The position numbers were made by a program, and so were the translations under genes. The notes beneath the pieces were generated by a model, which searched no databases, was not told the origin of the DNA, and saw only the letters and a program-made list of their open reading frames with translations. This document shows positions 38,609-52,560 of a stretch of 64,000 bases of DNA, piece by piece (position 1 is the stretch's first letter; every line of letters begins with the position of its first letter). This stretch comes from Octopus vulgaris (lineage: Eukaryota). The stretch is taken from positions 13,144,001 through 13,208,000 of the forward strand of contig OX597821.1 in the NCBI GenBank assembly GCA_951406725.2. The letters run 5' to 3'.

Positions 38609-38640
<32 letters not shown>

Positions 38641-38884
38641 GTACATGAATGAAAATATTGTGCTCTCGATTGTATTATTTTCTTGCATTCTCTTCTCTAT
38701 TAGAATACTTTGTACATATTTGTAGTATTCGACTACTTTAATACGAATTTTAAGCATGTGCTGTGTTTTTTATTCTCTCATCGATGATAGGTATTCACAC
38801 CCTAAATAGTATACGATGACTTCAGCAATGTAACTGCACACGATGTGTTGGTGATTTTTTCCTCCTTTCTTTGGACTTTTGGGT

Positions 38885-38923
38885 TTTTTTCCAAAGAAGA
38901 GCTATGCTCGAAACGTCAAAAAC
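38885..38923 (+). ncRNA. Degenerate minimal hammerhead (PLE-tail type)
   Basis: TTTT-CCAAAGA-A-GAGC-TAT-GCTC-GAAA-CG-TC-AAAA; 5' core mutated. Confidence 0.5.
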
Positions 38924-38970
38924 TCTCTATATGTGCCCTTCCTCTTGTTGTATTTTATCGTTCTTTTTGA

Positions 38971-39154
38971 TACAGTTCTATATTGAAGAGATGAGGAATT
39001 ATTACATTATTTACATTATTTACATTCGACGGATATTTATCTTCATCTTGTTTATTGTTAACACAGCGTTTCGGTTGATATACCCTCCAGCGTTTTTCAG
39101 GTATCTTGAGGAAATTTCGAACCTGGGTTCTCATTCCTAAGGTATTTTTCGATG

Positions 39155-39237
<83 letters not shown>

Positions 39238-39281
39238 GCTGCTGTTGTTGTTGTTTTCTTTCTTCACCACTACGCCATATG
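38971..39281 (-). mobile_element. tRNA-HHR unit, inverted copy with most of the head deleted
   Basis: Reverse complement of 39286-39583; retains ACCACTACGCCATATG at 39266-39281. Confidence 0.9.
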
Positions 39282-39285
39282 ACTT

Positions 39286-39364
39286 GGGCATATGGCGTAG
39301 TTGTTAAGAGCGCGGGTTACTAACCACAAGATTCCGAGTTCGATTCCAAGCAATGACCTGAACA

Positions 39365-39425
<61 letters not shown>

Positions 39426-39583
39426 TAATAACATCGAAAAATACTTTAGGAATGAAAAATCAGGTTCGAAATTTCCCCAAGACACCTGAAGAATGTTGGA
39501 GGGTATATCGGTCGAAACGTTGTGTTAACGACAAACAAGATGAGGACAAATATCCCTCGAATGTAAATAATGTAAATAATGTG
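39286..39583 (+). mobile_element. tRNA-HHR unit: A/B-box head + (AAT)n + hammerhead tail
   Basis: A-box TGGCGTAGTTG (39293), B-box GTTCGATTCC (39338), HHR GACAC-CTGAAGA...GAAA-CG-TT-GTGTT (39481-39526). Confidence 0.88.
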
Positions 39584-40293
39584 CGTTATTTTGATGTTTT
39601 TTTATTCAATTTCACTACTATACTCTGATAGTTGTGTTCAGTTGCTCAGCAGAGGCAACAGGAAGCATTCTCAGTCATGTTTCCCACTAACGCATTCGCT
39701 GATAATACTAATGCAATTTGTTCATACTCAACATTCTAGTAATATTGTTTAATTGACTTGCTTTACAGTTTATACCCACCATGATTAACTACAAGTATTG
39801 GCTCGCAATCACAAGATTTTAGCAAGAAAAGAAGCGCTAGAGTAAACGTCTTTTTAAAATCCTTCTTATATAAGTTATACTGGAGGAGAAGAAAAAAAGC
39901 TATAGATACAAATATATCAGGTAAAAAATAGATAACTTAAAACCATTATGCATAACTCGTTTTGATTAGAATGTCACAGAACTCTGACGTGCATCTGACA
40001 CTGATGAGAATTTCTTGTGGGAGATCTTAACTGGATAAAAAAAAAGGCAGCAACAACAAAGAATACTGCAATCAAGTGAAGCTCCACAAGTTGTATTCTC
40101 TGCTTTCACTTGATTTCCTTACCTATAATTATATTTTCTATTTAGATTTATTTATTTATCTATCTGTTGTTCTTTATAGAGGTAATGTTGTGCTTTTTTT
40201 TATGACTGTTGAGCTCCAGTGACAAGCGAAAGATCGTGATCTACTATATATACATATATTTGTCTGTATGTATGTATATATGTATATATATAT

Positions 40294-40340
<47 letters not shown>

Positions 40341-40401
40341 ATATTTCGGAATGGTCATATTGCCAGTTTAGCCAATAAAAATCTTGCACAACAAATATTT
40401 A

Positions 40402-40468
<67 letters not shown>

Positions 40469-40523
40469 TATATACACATATATAATATACAAGTGGATAT
40501 ATATATATATATATCCACATTGT

Positions 40524-40759
40524 GAGGCGCAATGGCCGAGTGGTTAGGGCAGCGGACTTGCGGTCGGAGGATCGCGGTTTCGATTCCCAGACCGGGCGTG
40601 TGTGTGTTTATTGAGCGAAAACACCAAAAGCTCCACGAGGCTCCGGCAGGGATGGTGGTGATCCCTGCTGTACTCTTTCACCACTCTAAAAGGCGGTGCT
40701 CAGCATGGCCGCAGTCAAATGACTGAAACAAGTAAAAAAAAAAAAAAAAAAAAAAAAAA
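40524..40759 (+). mobile_element. SINE family B head + family A tail + poly(A)
   Basis: Switches from family B to the A tail after CTCTTTCACCAC. Confidence 0.9.
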
Positions 40760-40784
40760 TAGATAGATAGATATCGATATATAA

Positions 40785-40822
<38 letters not shown>

Positions 40823-41037
40823 TACATAAAGATATGTATGTGTGTGTATTTACATAAGTATATATATATAAATGTATATAAATATATATAAGTACATATA
40901 TATATATAAATATATATATGTAAATATATATTTGTATATATATGTATATACATATACACAGACACGCATATATATTTCTGTTTGCATTTGTATGTATGTA
41001 TATGCATATATACATATATATATATATATACATATAA

Positions 41038-41115
<78 letters not shown>

Positions 41116-42174
41116 TTGTAGATGCTTTTTCAGACTTTTGGATCCAATAATACTATACTTATGGAATTATTTGCTGAAGCTAAATCTTTTACTGAACCAC
41201 TGGAAACAAGCATGACAAAGCCAAGAACATCTTTGACATATATTTATAGATCGGAGCTGGTAGCAGCAACATGCATTGACACAAATATAACACAATGATC
41301 CCTCTCCCTCACTCATTCACACACTCACCCTCCTCCTTTCTCCCATTCACTCACACTCTCTTTTTTCTTTCTCTGCTAACGGTATCGACACAAGAGTCTA
41401 AGAAAGAGAGAGAGATATACCAACTAAGTAAATCACTGTATGTTGTGTCATGTGTCTTGTTCCTTGGTTCGAATCGTACAATTATCTACTGACTTTTCAT
41501 TCTATTATTCAAGAATATGTTAGATTAAATGAGAAATATTTGTCCCCGTTGCTGTTGTTTCCGTTGTTGTTGCTGTTTTCAAAGGTTAATGTTTGTTTGT
41601 GTTTTTTTTGTTTGTTTGTGTTTTGTTTTGTTTTTTTTGTTGAAGGCGAGATAATTGAAAATGGTAATAAATGTTTGTAAACTGACAAAGCAAGTTTAGG
41701 GAAAACTAAATCAATTATAATCGCATGATCCTTAAGTTGTTGTTTTTATTGTTATTCTAGTGGTTGTGGTGGCGGCAGCGACGGTGGTGCTAGTAGCAGT
41801 AGTTTTTGTTGTTGTTGTTATTAATAATGATGATGATCCTTCTTCACGGGGAGGTAACAAAACGTTATGGACAATGACTTAGAGGGAGAAGTAAGAGAGT
41901 GAGTAGTAACTGCGTAGTACCAACGTCACTGATTTTTCAAGAGGAGCCCGTTCTTCTAATCGATATTAACTTGATTATATCTAACCGATTTCTAACCGTT
42001 ATAACGTGCTGCACCTTATCAAAATATGCCAAGGTTATACTATATTTTCCTTTCATCCTTTCTGGGATCGATAAAAGAAGAACCAGTAAAGCACTGGAGA
42101 TGGTCTAAGTGACTTTACCCTCGCGGCACATTAGTCATTACAAGTATCTTATAAATTAATGTTGGTTTCAAATT

Positions 42175-42345
42175 CAAGACAGTGGATAAGTCGATTACGT
42201 CGACTCAACTGGTAATTATTTTATCGATCTTGAGATGATGAAAAGCTAGCTCACCCCTGTGGTATTTGAACTCAACGTAAAGACGGGCGAAATGCCGCTA
42301 AGCATAATGCCCGGCGTGCCAACAATTCTGCCGTCATGCCTCCTT
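42175..42345 (-). mobile_element. SINE family C, degenerate (cluster of fragments across 42045-42560)
   Basis: GAAATGCCGCTAAGCAT..GCCCGGCGTGC. Confidence 0.7.
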
Positions 42346-42559
42346 AACTTACAATGCAATATTATATAGTGAGTGATTTCAAAACTTGGCACAAGGTCAG
42401 CTATTTCGGGGTTGGTGGCCAGTCGATTTCATCGACCTCCAGTAATCAGATGGTACTTAACTTGTCGATCAACTCCGAAAGGATGAAAGGCAAAATCGGT
42501 GTTATACATTGAATGAAGCGGCGAACTGACAGAATCGTTAGCGATCTGGACAAAATTTT

Positions 42560-42775
42560 TGGCGGTAAAGGTGTATCAGGTGCTGAAATTTATCAGAGGC
42601 TTTTATCACAATACGGGGGCTGTGCACCACCGCGTATAAATGTGTATGAGTGGATCGAGAAGTTTGAAAGCGGTCGAACAAGCGTGACACACGAAGAGAG
42701 AGCAAGACGCACGTCAACCTCCATCACTGACGAGAAGATTCAGCAAGCTCGAATGATGGTAACGGTGAGCCGATT
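42560..42775 (+). mobile_element. Mariner transposase N-terminal HTH fragment
   Basis: GVSGAEIYQRLLSQYG...VYEWIEKFESGRTSVTHEER..R.STS. Confidence 0.85.
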
Positions 42776-44012
42776 CACCATTACCGTCACTCGGATCACT
42801 GCTATTTGTTCTTCTTTGGTGCACATTGCTAGTGGAGCAGCCATGCTTACACCGTAAAGCTAGAAAGAAAAATGACGTGATCAGGCTCAAACTTAGATCA
42901 CGTGACCACAATAGTACCAACTATAAGCACGCATGCGTAGAAGGCAGTGTGACAATAATAAAAATATGTTATAGTCAATTTTTGACTTCCATTCGTATCA
43001 GTCCCAAAAACGATGAAAGATATGTTGATCTCGGTGAGATTTGAGCTGATTCCTCAGACTCGAAAGGTACGTTCAAGTATTTGGTCTGAAGTTCTAGGGC
43101 TTTGGCTAATTCGCCGTCTAGTATTTGGTGGCATTAAAAATTTAAAATTAATTGCAATGACACCAGCTAAGAACCGAAACTCAGTCGTACATGACGACTG
43201 GAGCGAACATGCAAACGGAATAGGATAAGTGAAGTAAATTTGTATACATGAATATATAAAATGAATTATGTTTAGAAGAATATCTATGTGCGATATCGGC
43301 ATGATATCAACAGAACAGATCTTAAAACAATAAAGGATACAAAAGGAAGTTCCTTCTATAGATATATATGTACGTCAGCTTCATTAATTTCTTTCTAAAA
43401 ACCCATGTTTGTAAACCAGAAGTAACAACACAACAACAGAAATTTGATTTAAGAAAAATGAATATATAAGTATTTATTTGTTAGTACATACGCGGTCGAT
43501 TATGTGAAAATATACACATTTAAGGAATAGACATACTTACTGCATATGTATATATATATATAGGTATGAAAAGAGAATAATGAACAGAAATAGATATGTG
43601 CATGTCTATATAAATATGAGTAAATGTATGTACGTATGCGCAAGTACATATATGCATACCTACATACTCACGGAAACAATGCTCGCGTAAAACAAATCCG
43701 GAGGAAATGTAATAAGACTTATAGATAAGCAAGCCTCGTCACAGGTAAAGATAGAATGATGGCGTTGACACAGAAATGTAGTGTGTGGGAGAAGACTGAG
43801 CAGGAATGGGTTACTTGCAGGTATGAAACCACAAGCATTATGCGATATTTATATTTGTTATAAACAAAAGAAGATTTTAAGCGTAAACAATGGATTAACG
43901 AAAGCATATCAAAAACAGATGCATTTCTATGAATACAAATGCACAAAAATTACATTGGACTTTCAAAGTATTGATGTGTGTAAACGCACATACGAATACC
44001 TCAAGTCAATAC

Positions 44013-44127
<115 letters not shown>

Positions 44128-44146
44128 TTATACATAAATTATTAGA

Positions 44147-44248
<102 letters not shown>

Positions 44249-44309
44249 CTATATGTATGTGTATATATATATGTATATATATATATATATATGTATATAT
44301 ATCTATATG

Positions 44310-44352
<43 letters not shown>

Positions 44353-44827
44353 GTGTGTGTGTGTAAACATGCAGCTATATATATATTATTATTGTTGTTG
44401 CTGTTGTTGTTGCTGTTATTGTGTGATAAAGATGTACTTTACAGTGACTAGCACAATATAATACAAAGTGTGGAACTAAAGAAATATAGCGTCTAAAATA
44501 TCACATTTGAAGAATAGTGACAGCTATTTCTACGTTTGGCCTGGTATGTTTCTTTTCCCTTCAGTAAAGACGCAGTATACATATGCGCGCGCACGAGCAC
44601 ATACACACACGGACACATACACACACGAACACACACACACATATATGCGTGATTGAGCGTGTGAGTATGTATGTATGAGTTTACATGTGAGTATAGATGT
44701 ATAACCATATATACACATACATACATGCATACATATATACATACACGCATGCAGAGAAAGAGAGACAGACAGACAGATATATATCACTATATATAAATAT
44801 ATATATATACACATAAATTCATGAATG

Positions 44828-44860
<33 letters not shown>

Positions 44861-44932
44861 TACATACAGAGAAAGAGAGACAGACAGACAGACAGATATA
44901 TATAATATATATATATACATATAAATTTATGA

Positions 44933-44991
<59 letters not shown>

Positions 44992-45574
44992 CACACATAC
45001 ACACACACATATATATATATATATATGTATATAAACATGCCTGTAAGAATATATATATATATACCTATATACAAGCAAACAAATATGTATTTGTGTATAT
45101 ATACACAAGCACATACAGTCGTGTATGCAAGTATGTCTGCTTTTCTCTTTACACAGACACTCCTCCTAAAACATATAACCCCTCCTCTCCGCTGCATGGA
45201 TGTGTATGCGTGCACGCGCACGTGCGTGTATGTATGATTTATATGTGTAAGTTTGTCTATGTGCGCATTAATCTACACTTGAATTAGAATGTAAGAATTT
45301 TTCACTCATCTTATTGACGCATATCAATTTCAGTTTTTCTAGAACGCTTAATAATAAACAATGCATTCTATATAATTTGTACATACTCCATTATTTTCTC
45401 AATATATATATAAATATTAATTATGCAAGTAATTCTCTGTGCATTAAAATTCTTTTGCTATTTTACATTCAGTAAACTATACAAATGTTTACTGAATAAG
45501 TATATGTATGTATGTATGTATGTACGTATGTATGTATGTAACGGGAAGCTTTATGAAAATAAACAAAAGACGAA

Positions 45575-45638
<64 letters not shown>

Positions 45639-45789
45639 TATATACACATATATACATGCGTGTGTGTATGTGCGCTCGCGCGAATATATATATATTTATA
45701 TGTCTATCCATATTTATATATATACTTATATATTTACATATATATATATACTTATATATATATATACTTATACGTATTTTGATATCTTT

Positions 45790-45985
45790 TATCTTGTACT
45801 TGTTTCATTCATTAGACTGTGGCCAAGCCGGGGCACCGCCTTCAAGAATTTTTCGTCGAATATATCGACCCCAGTATTATTTTCAAAAGCCTGGAGAGGT
45901 AGACATACCAGCACCGGTTGTCAACAGTGGCAGTGGGACAAACACAGAAAGACACAGATAGATACGGAGACACACATACACACAT
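45790..45985 (-). mobile_element. SINE family A 3' part
   Basis: CTTGTTTCATTCATTAGACTGTGGCC..GGGCACCGCC. Confidence 0.75.
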
Positions 45986-46007
45986 ATATATACATAAACT
46001 ATATATA

Positions 46008-46238
46008 TAGGGAGAGTTTACGAAAAGAAACAAAAAACGAAGACAGGTGGTGTACAAAACAAACAGATGTATTAGTATAAAAGTCTTTTACGTTTCGAGC
46101 CTACGCTCTTCTACAGAAAGGGACACAGAAAAAAAAACAAGGAGAGAAACAAGGTGAGAAAAAGAGGAGCGAAAAATAAGGAGAGAGAAACAAGGAGAGA
46201 AAACATGTGCGTATTGGCTAACGATCTATCATGGCGTC
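46008..46238 (-). mobile_element. PLE 3' tail (pLTR) with hammerhead variant at 46085-46120
   Basis: Related to 33722-33930; CTTT-CTGTAGA-A-GAGC-GTAG-GCTC-GAAA-CG-TA-AAAG. Confidence 0.8.
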
Positions 46239-46359
46239 GATCTATCATACATATATAATATGTATGTACGTAGCTATCAGTATTTATACGTATATATGTG
46301 CATGTAAGTATATATATATATGTATATTATAATGGAATATTTACTGAAGCATTGTGTAG

Positions 46360-46800
46360 AATATATTGTATAAAGGATCATGAGTAAGTCCAAACCACTG
46401 CGAAGTAAATGCAAGATAAATCACAAGAAAACAAAAAAATGGACTGATCTTTTCCAAGAGCAACACCTCTCACTACTCCGAGGAGTGTATATCGATGAAC
46501 TTGCCCATCAATGACCCTTAATAGAGCCAAAAGGCCCATGTTGTACATGAGATCGTCTGTGGCAAATCTGGAACATCCTACATAGGAAGCACAAGAAGAC
46601 TGCGACACACGCATTAAGGAACACATTCAGGCAGACACTTCCGTGAAGAAACATCTGCGGAAATGCCAGACTCGGGAGTTCACAGAGCACATCAAGGCAA
46701 CACAGCGGAACAGGGGCAACCTTAGAATCTTTGAGGGCATCCTCATACGCCAAAAGGAACCTAAGATCATCAACATAAGAGAGTAACAGGAAGTTAGCTG
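46360..46800 (+). mobile_element. PLE GIY-YIG fragment
   Basis: HVVHEIVCGKSGTSYIGSTRRLRHTRIKE; LRIFEGILI. Confidence 0.8.
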
Positions 46801-46851
46801 GTTGCTATAGCAATACTTCTCCGCGCATGTCCACTCTACACACGACGAGCT

Positions 46852-47007
46852 CCTTTCAGTCTTTCAGTTTCCGCCTATCAAATCTAGTCACAAGGATTTG
46901 GTCGGGCTGACCAAAGTACAAGACACTTGTCCAAGTTGCCAGACAGTGGGGCTGAACTCCGAACCATATGGTTGGGAAGCAAGCCTCTTACCACGCAACC
47001 ACGCCTA
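46852..47007 (-). mobile_element. SINE family A head, degenerate
   Basis: CTTTCAGTTTCCGCCTA..AAGACACTTGTCCAAG..CTTACCAC. Confidence 0.75.
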
Positions 47008-47045
47008 ATAGTATGTGCATACACGAATATATGTATATTCATACT

Positions 47046-47097
<52 letters not shown>

Positions 47098-47207
47098 AGC
47101 CGGCATGCATATTGGTTAAATATACATGCGAATATGTATATTTTGGGCCGTCCATTTGTCTCTGTATCAATATCGAATGTGCATGCGTATGAGTCTGTAT
47201 GTCTATG

Positions 47208-47291
<84 letters not shown>

Positions 47292-47762
47292 TACAAGCAG
47301 GTATACTTTGTATGTTTGTATGTCTTTACGTTTGTGTATATTGATTACATAAATGCTGACAAGAAGAATAAAATAGAATTCACTATCTCGGAGTCAGTGT
47401 TATTTATGAATATGACAGCTAATACGTCACACCTGGATGTGTAAATTCAAAGTTTTCGACAAACAGCTACATCCACTCTGATCAACGTTAACGTAAAATT
47501 CTGAGGAATGCGTATGAGAAGACAGCTGTTAAGGTATATATGTGTGTATATGTCTGTGGATGCGTATTGGGAAGTGCTTTGTGCGTTTTGTGAGTGTTTT
47601 TTTTATCATTTTTCTTAGTTTTCTGCGTTGCGTTCAGTGACCTGTTTCCCGACAGTTACTGCAGAGTTTAGCCATTTCTTGTTTTCGGGAACTAAGCACT
47701 GGGAAAAACCGCCAAAGAAAATATATAAAGCACTTACGAATAGCTTATCACGCACATGCGCT

Positions 47763-47833
<71 letters not shown>

Positions 47834-48291
47834 GTTTGTGTGTGCGTGTGTGTGTGTACGCGTGAATGGGAAGAAAGAGGTACTCGACACATTTAGTAGG
47901 GGCTACAGATAGTCTATAAAACAGTTGCATTCGGTCCCAAGTTTTACAGGCTTCTTTCATAAACCTAGCTCATCAGGCACAGTTAACTGAATGGAAGTAT
48001 AGAGGAAATTCAAGATAGCTACCGGAAACTAAGCTACCATTGGTCAATGCGCGTCATATCGGTGAGATCAATACTCTAGTGACACCAGATGCATGGAAAA
48101 GGAAAATTTCTTAGACAGCTTGGCTGGTCAGAAAACTAGTGACGCCTTACTGTCAGGCCAGTCTTCGAAGGTACTCGAGAGTGTGTGTAGAGAGAGACTG
48201 TGTATGTGAGAGAGAGTGGGAGAGAGAGAAAGAAAGATAGAGACAGAGAGGGGCGAGTGAGGGAAGATTTGTTTTAGTTTTATGTATATAT

Positions 48292-48710
48292 AGGTCCTGG
48301 AGTGGCTGTGTGGTAAGTAGCTTGTCTACCAACCACATGGTTCCGGGTTCAGTCCCACTGCGTGGCACCTTGGGCAAGTGTCTTCTACTGTAGCCTCAAG
48401 CCGACCAAATCCTTGTGAGTGGATTTGGTAGACGGAAACTGAAAGAAGCCCGTCGTATACATATATATATATATATATATATATATGCCTGTGTGTGTTT
48501 GTGTGTCTGTGCTTGTCCCCTAGCATTGCTTTACAACCGATGCTGGTGTGTTTATGTCCCCGTTACTTAGCGGTTCGGCAAAAGAGACCGATAGAATAAG
48601 TACTGGGCTTACAAAAGAATAAGTCCCGGGGTCGATTTGCTCGATTAAAGGCGGTGCTCCAGCATGGCCGCAGTCAAATGACTGAAACAAGTAAAAGAGT
48701 AAAAGAGTAA
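48292..48710 (+). mobile_element. SINE family A, full length
   Basis: Colinear with 21678-22135. Confidence 0.95.
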
Positions 48711-49244
48711 TGTTCATATGAAAATGTGTTTACTTCTTTATTTATTTCTTTCGCTCTTGTTTGTTTGGTGGTGTTTCTCTTTGCTTATTTCCAACATTTT
48801 TACACCGTTCATAAATTAGCATTCGGTCCAACAGAAGGTGCCTTTGCATCGTTTATTAATTCATATCTTTTGTTCCTGTGTCGCCTGAGGAACAAAACCA
48901 TTCCTAATGTATGATCATGTATATGCATGTTTGTGTTCATTTGTAATATATATACCTATGTGTGCTCCTACATCTGCTGTAGAAGCCGATCGTTGTTAAG
49001 TTGTGTCTCCTTCATTATAAGACAAAAGAATACATCATCAAGCCTCATCAAATATGGATACCTCTGTACTGTTTTAATTATACATACAGTATTGTATATC
49101 TCTACATCGGTGTTCATACAATGTTTCTACCTTTGTAGCCTACATCTAATTTAGTAATTTCTCTGAGCTTCATACGCAAACTCACACCTACACTTATGTA
49201 GATATTTATATAGACGCTCAAATTCTCATACAAGCACGCGAACA

Positions 49245-49291
<47 letters not shown>

Positions 49292-50537
49292 ACATACACG
49301 CTAACATATGCACATATACATGTGTGTGATTTTGTGTATATACATACCTATATATTGATAATATATGTATAAATACATACATGCATACATACATGGATAC
49401 GTACATCTATATATACATAAGTGTGTGAGTGTGTGTGTCTGTGTGTACCCGAAAATTATTTATAGTTTGAGGTAGATTTCCTTTCATGTTAGTGATACAT
49501 AGAGAATGATACACATAATATACATAAATAAATATGTGCATGTATGTATATTTGACTGTTTGCGTGCAGGCGCGTGCATTTTGGGTATTAATATGTGTTT
49601 GCTTATGTGTGTGCCGGTACTTGTGCAAATATACACGCATATTTATAAATAAATATTTATGAAATCGTCTAAAAGTGTATCTAAGTTGTGCTTTCTTATT
49701 GTTGAATTTATTGCAGTTATTTGAGCATGTATAGTAATGTACGACGTCGCTGAATTAATGCTTGTGTGTATGTTATCCATGTGTATGTATAGGCGTATTT
49801 CCGTACGTATATGAAGTACGAGAAATCGACTCTGTATAGATATGTATGAAGTCTATTGTGTATTCTAATTCATTGTGTTCATTTTCGCATATTGAAGAAA
49901 CTCAATTAACATTGTTCATCGTGTTGTTCTTATTAATATCGTTGTTACCAACACCGCTACATCTATCGCGAAGTACAACAAACAACGCTATCAATAAAAA
50001 CGGCAACGATGACATGTTCAAAACGAACGCAATCACAAAACTACTACAGCCGACTCCGTTGTCACCATCAGAGGCACAATGCCGCCAGCAGCTCAATATT
50101 CAATACCAACAACATCACGAACATTACCGCACGATTAATGTATTAACAACAACTACTGAACCACCACATAATCAACTACCAATACTGCTTACGTAACAAA
50201 CAACAATGCCACCATCACCATCTCCCCTATATTTTAAACGTCTAAGCTGGTTTCATGAGCACACACAAATTTTGCAACAAACACACAAAAAATATTAACG
50301 TGTGCACGTGGAACTGATGTGTGGTTGCTTAAAATAATGCATACATTAAAGATTATATTTATTATGTGTTTGTTATATGTTTGTTATAGAAAAAGCGATT
50401 TCATAGCAAATTTTTTCTGTCAACTGGTAATGAAAATTTATTGGGGACATATAGTGGTTCACTATACAGGCCAAACTATGTGGCTGGCTGGCAATCAGTT
50501 TGTGATTTATGTATGCTATTATTGTAATTAGTATAGT

Positions 50538-50740
50538 TGTGTGGCTTAGTGGTTAGAGCACCAGCACCGCGATCGCAAGATTGTGGTTTCGATTCCTGGA
50601 CCGGGCGACGCGTAGTGTTCTTGAGCAAAACACTTCATTTCTCGTTGCTCCAGTCCACTCAGCTGGCAAAAATGAGTAACGCTGCGATGGTATGGCATCC
50701 CGTCCAGCTGGGGAACACATACGCCATAGAAACCGGAAAA
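50538..50740 (+). mobile_element. tRNA-derived SINE related to family B, with a different body
   Basis: A-box TGGCTTAGTGG, B-box GTTTCGATTCC, then TTCTTGAGCAAAACACTT. Confidence 0.75.
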
Positions 50741-50962
50741 CTTAAAAGGGCGCATTTATTATTATTATTATTGTAATTATCAATTAACCCTTTGCTTACA
50801 CAAATTGTTTCAACAGATTTGACCTAAATGTCCATGGTTGATTTTTTTTTACTAATTTTTAGTCCTTGTTTCCTTCGTTCTCAGTGATAAAAATACTTCT
50901 TTTCCGTAAGTCCTAAACTATTCTAATGGTTGAAAGAATTTGGGAATAAGTGACATATATGA

Positions 50963-51372
50963 TACTCTTTTACTCTTTACTCTTTTACTTGTTTCAGTCA
51001 TTTGACTGCGGCCATGCTGGAGCACCGCCTTTAGTCGAGCAAATCGACCCCGGGACTTATTCTTTGTAAGCCCAATACTTATTCTATCGGTCTCTTTTGC
51101 CGAACCGCTAAGTGACGGGGACGTAAACACACTAGCATCGGTTGTCAAGCAATGCTAGGGGGACAAACACAGACACACAAACATATACACACACACACAC
51201 ATATATACATATATACGACAGGCTTCTTTCAGTTTCCGTCAACCAAATCCACTCACAAGGCTTTCGTCGGGCCGGGGCTATAGCAGAAGACACTTGCCCA
51301 AGATGCCACGCAGTGGGACTGAACCCTGAACCATGTGGTTGGTTAGCAAGCTACTTACCACACAGCCACTCC
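50963..51372 (-). mobile_element. SINE family A, full length
   Basis: Reverse complement of 48292-48710. Confidence 0.95.
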
Positions 51373-51605
51373 GCTAAAGAAATATGTCCGGTGTATCACA
51401 TTAATACAGACAAGTACACCACCAATATAATCAACGTCTACAATACGATGGAGACGAGATCATCTATGCTACGCTTACCGTTTTCTTGAAATAGCGGAGA
51501 GGTATGAATGAAAATTCAAAAGCACACAAAAATATTCTCAGAAAACGCAACTAAATGATATAATTTGGTAAAACATGTAAGGCTCTCTTTACTCCAAAAT
51601 GTAGT

Positions 51606-51941
51606 GGAGGCGCAATGGCCCAGCGGTTTCGATTCCCAGACCGGGCGTTGTGAGTGTTTATTGAGCGAAAACACGAGGCTCCGACAGGGATGGTGGTGAT
51701 CCCTGCTGTACTCTTTCACCACAACTTTCTCTCACTCTTACTTCCTGTTTCTGTTGTACCTGTATTTCAAAGGGCCAGCCTTGTCACTCTCTGTGTCACG
51801 CTGAATATCCCCGAGAACTACGTTAAGGTTACACGTGTCTGTGGAGTGCTCAGCCACTTACACGTTAATTTCACGAGCAGGCTGTTCCGTTGATTCGGAT
51901 CAACCGGAACCCTCGTCGTCGTAACCGACGGAGTGCTTCCA
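51606..51941 (+). mobile_element. SINE family B, head internally deleted
   Basis: Matches 37550-37920. Confidence 0.92.
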
Positions 51942-52096
51942 ACTCCAAAATTTAATCCAGGTGAAGGTAAAGATTACATTAACCTATCTGTGCCACTTAA
52001 CAAAATGGATGTGGCTTCGAATTGGATCGGGTATAAACGGATACTTTTTCTTCGTATTACTTTTGCCAATAAAACTAATATAAAGACGCAGTTTCT

Positions 52097-52228
52097 AGGA
52101 GTGGCCGTGTGGTAAGTAGCTTGCTTACCAACCACGTGGCACCTTGGGCAAGTGTCTTCTACTGTAACCTCGGGCCTACCAAAGCCTTGTGAGTGGATTC
52201 GGTAGACGGAAACTGAAAGATGCCCGTC

Positions 52229-52266
<38 letters not shown>

Positions 52267-52298
52267 CATTAATAAATCTCCGAACGAGATATAAACAG

Positions 52299-52353
<55 letters not shown>

Positions 52354-52560
52354 TTGTGTGTCTGTGTTTGACACCCCAACATCTCTTGACAACCGATGCT
52401 GGTGTATTTGCGTCCCCATAACTTAGCGGTTCGGCAAAAGATACCGATAGAATAAGTACTAGGCTTACAAAGAATAAAATCCTGGGGGTCGATTTGCCCG
52501 ACTAAAGGCGGTGCTCCAGCATGGCCACAGTCAAATGACTGAAACAAGTAAAAAGAGTAA
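52097..52560 (+). mobile_element. SINE family A
   Basis: Colinear with the family; B-box region deleted; short insertion inside the (TA)n. Confidence 0.92.

Noticed and set aside
41200-41530. Possible host promoter or 5' exon
   Set aside because: Looks unique, but no diagnostic motif or coding frame; needs RNA-seq.
47945-47980. Hammerhead on the minus strand (CTGATGA-GCTAGGTTTAT-GAAA)
   Set aside because: Boxes are present but helices I-III do not pair convincingly.
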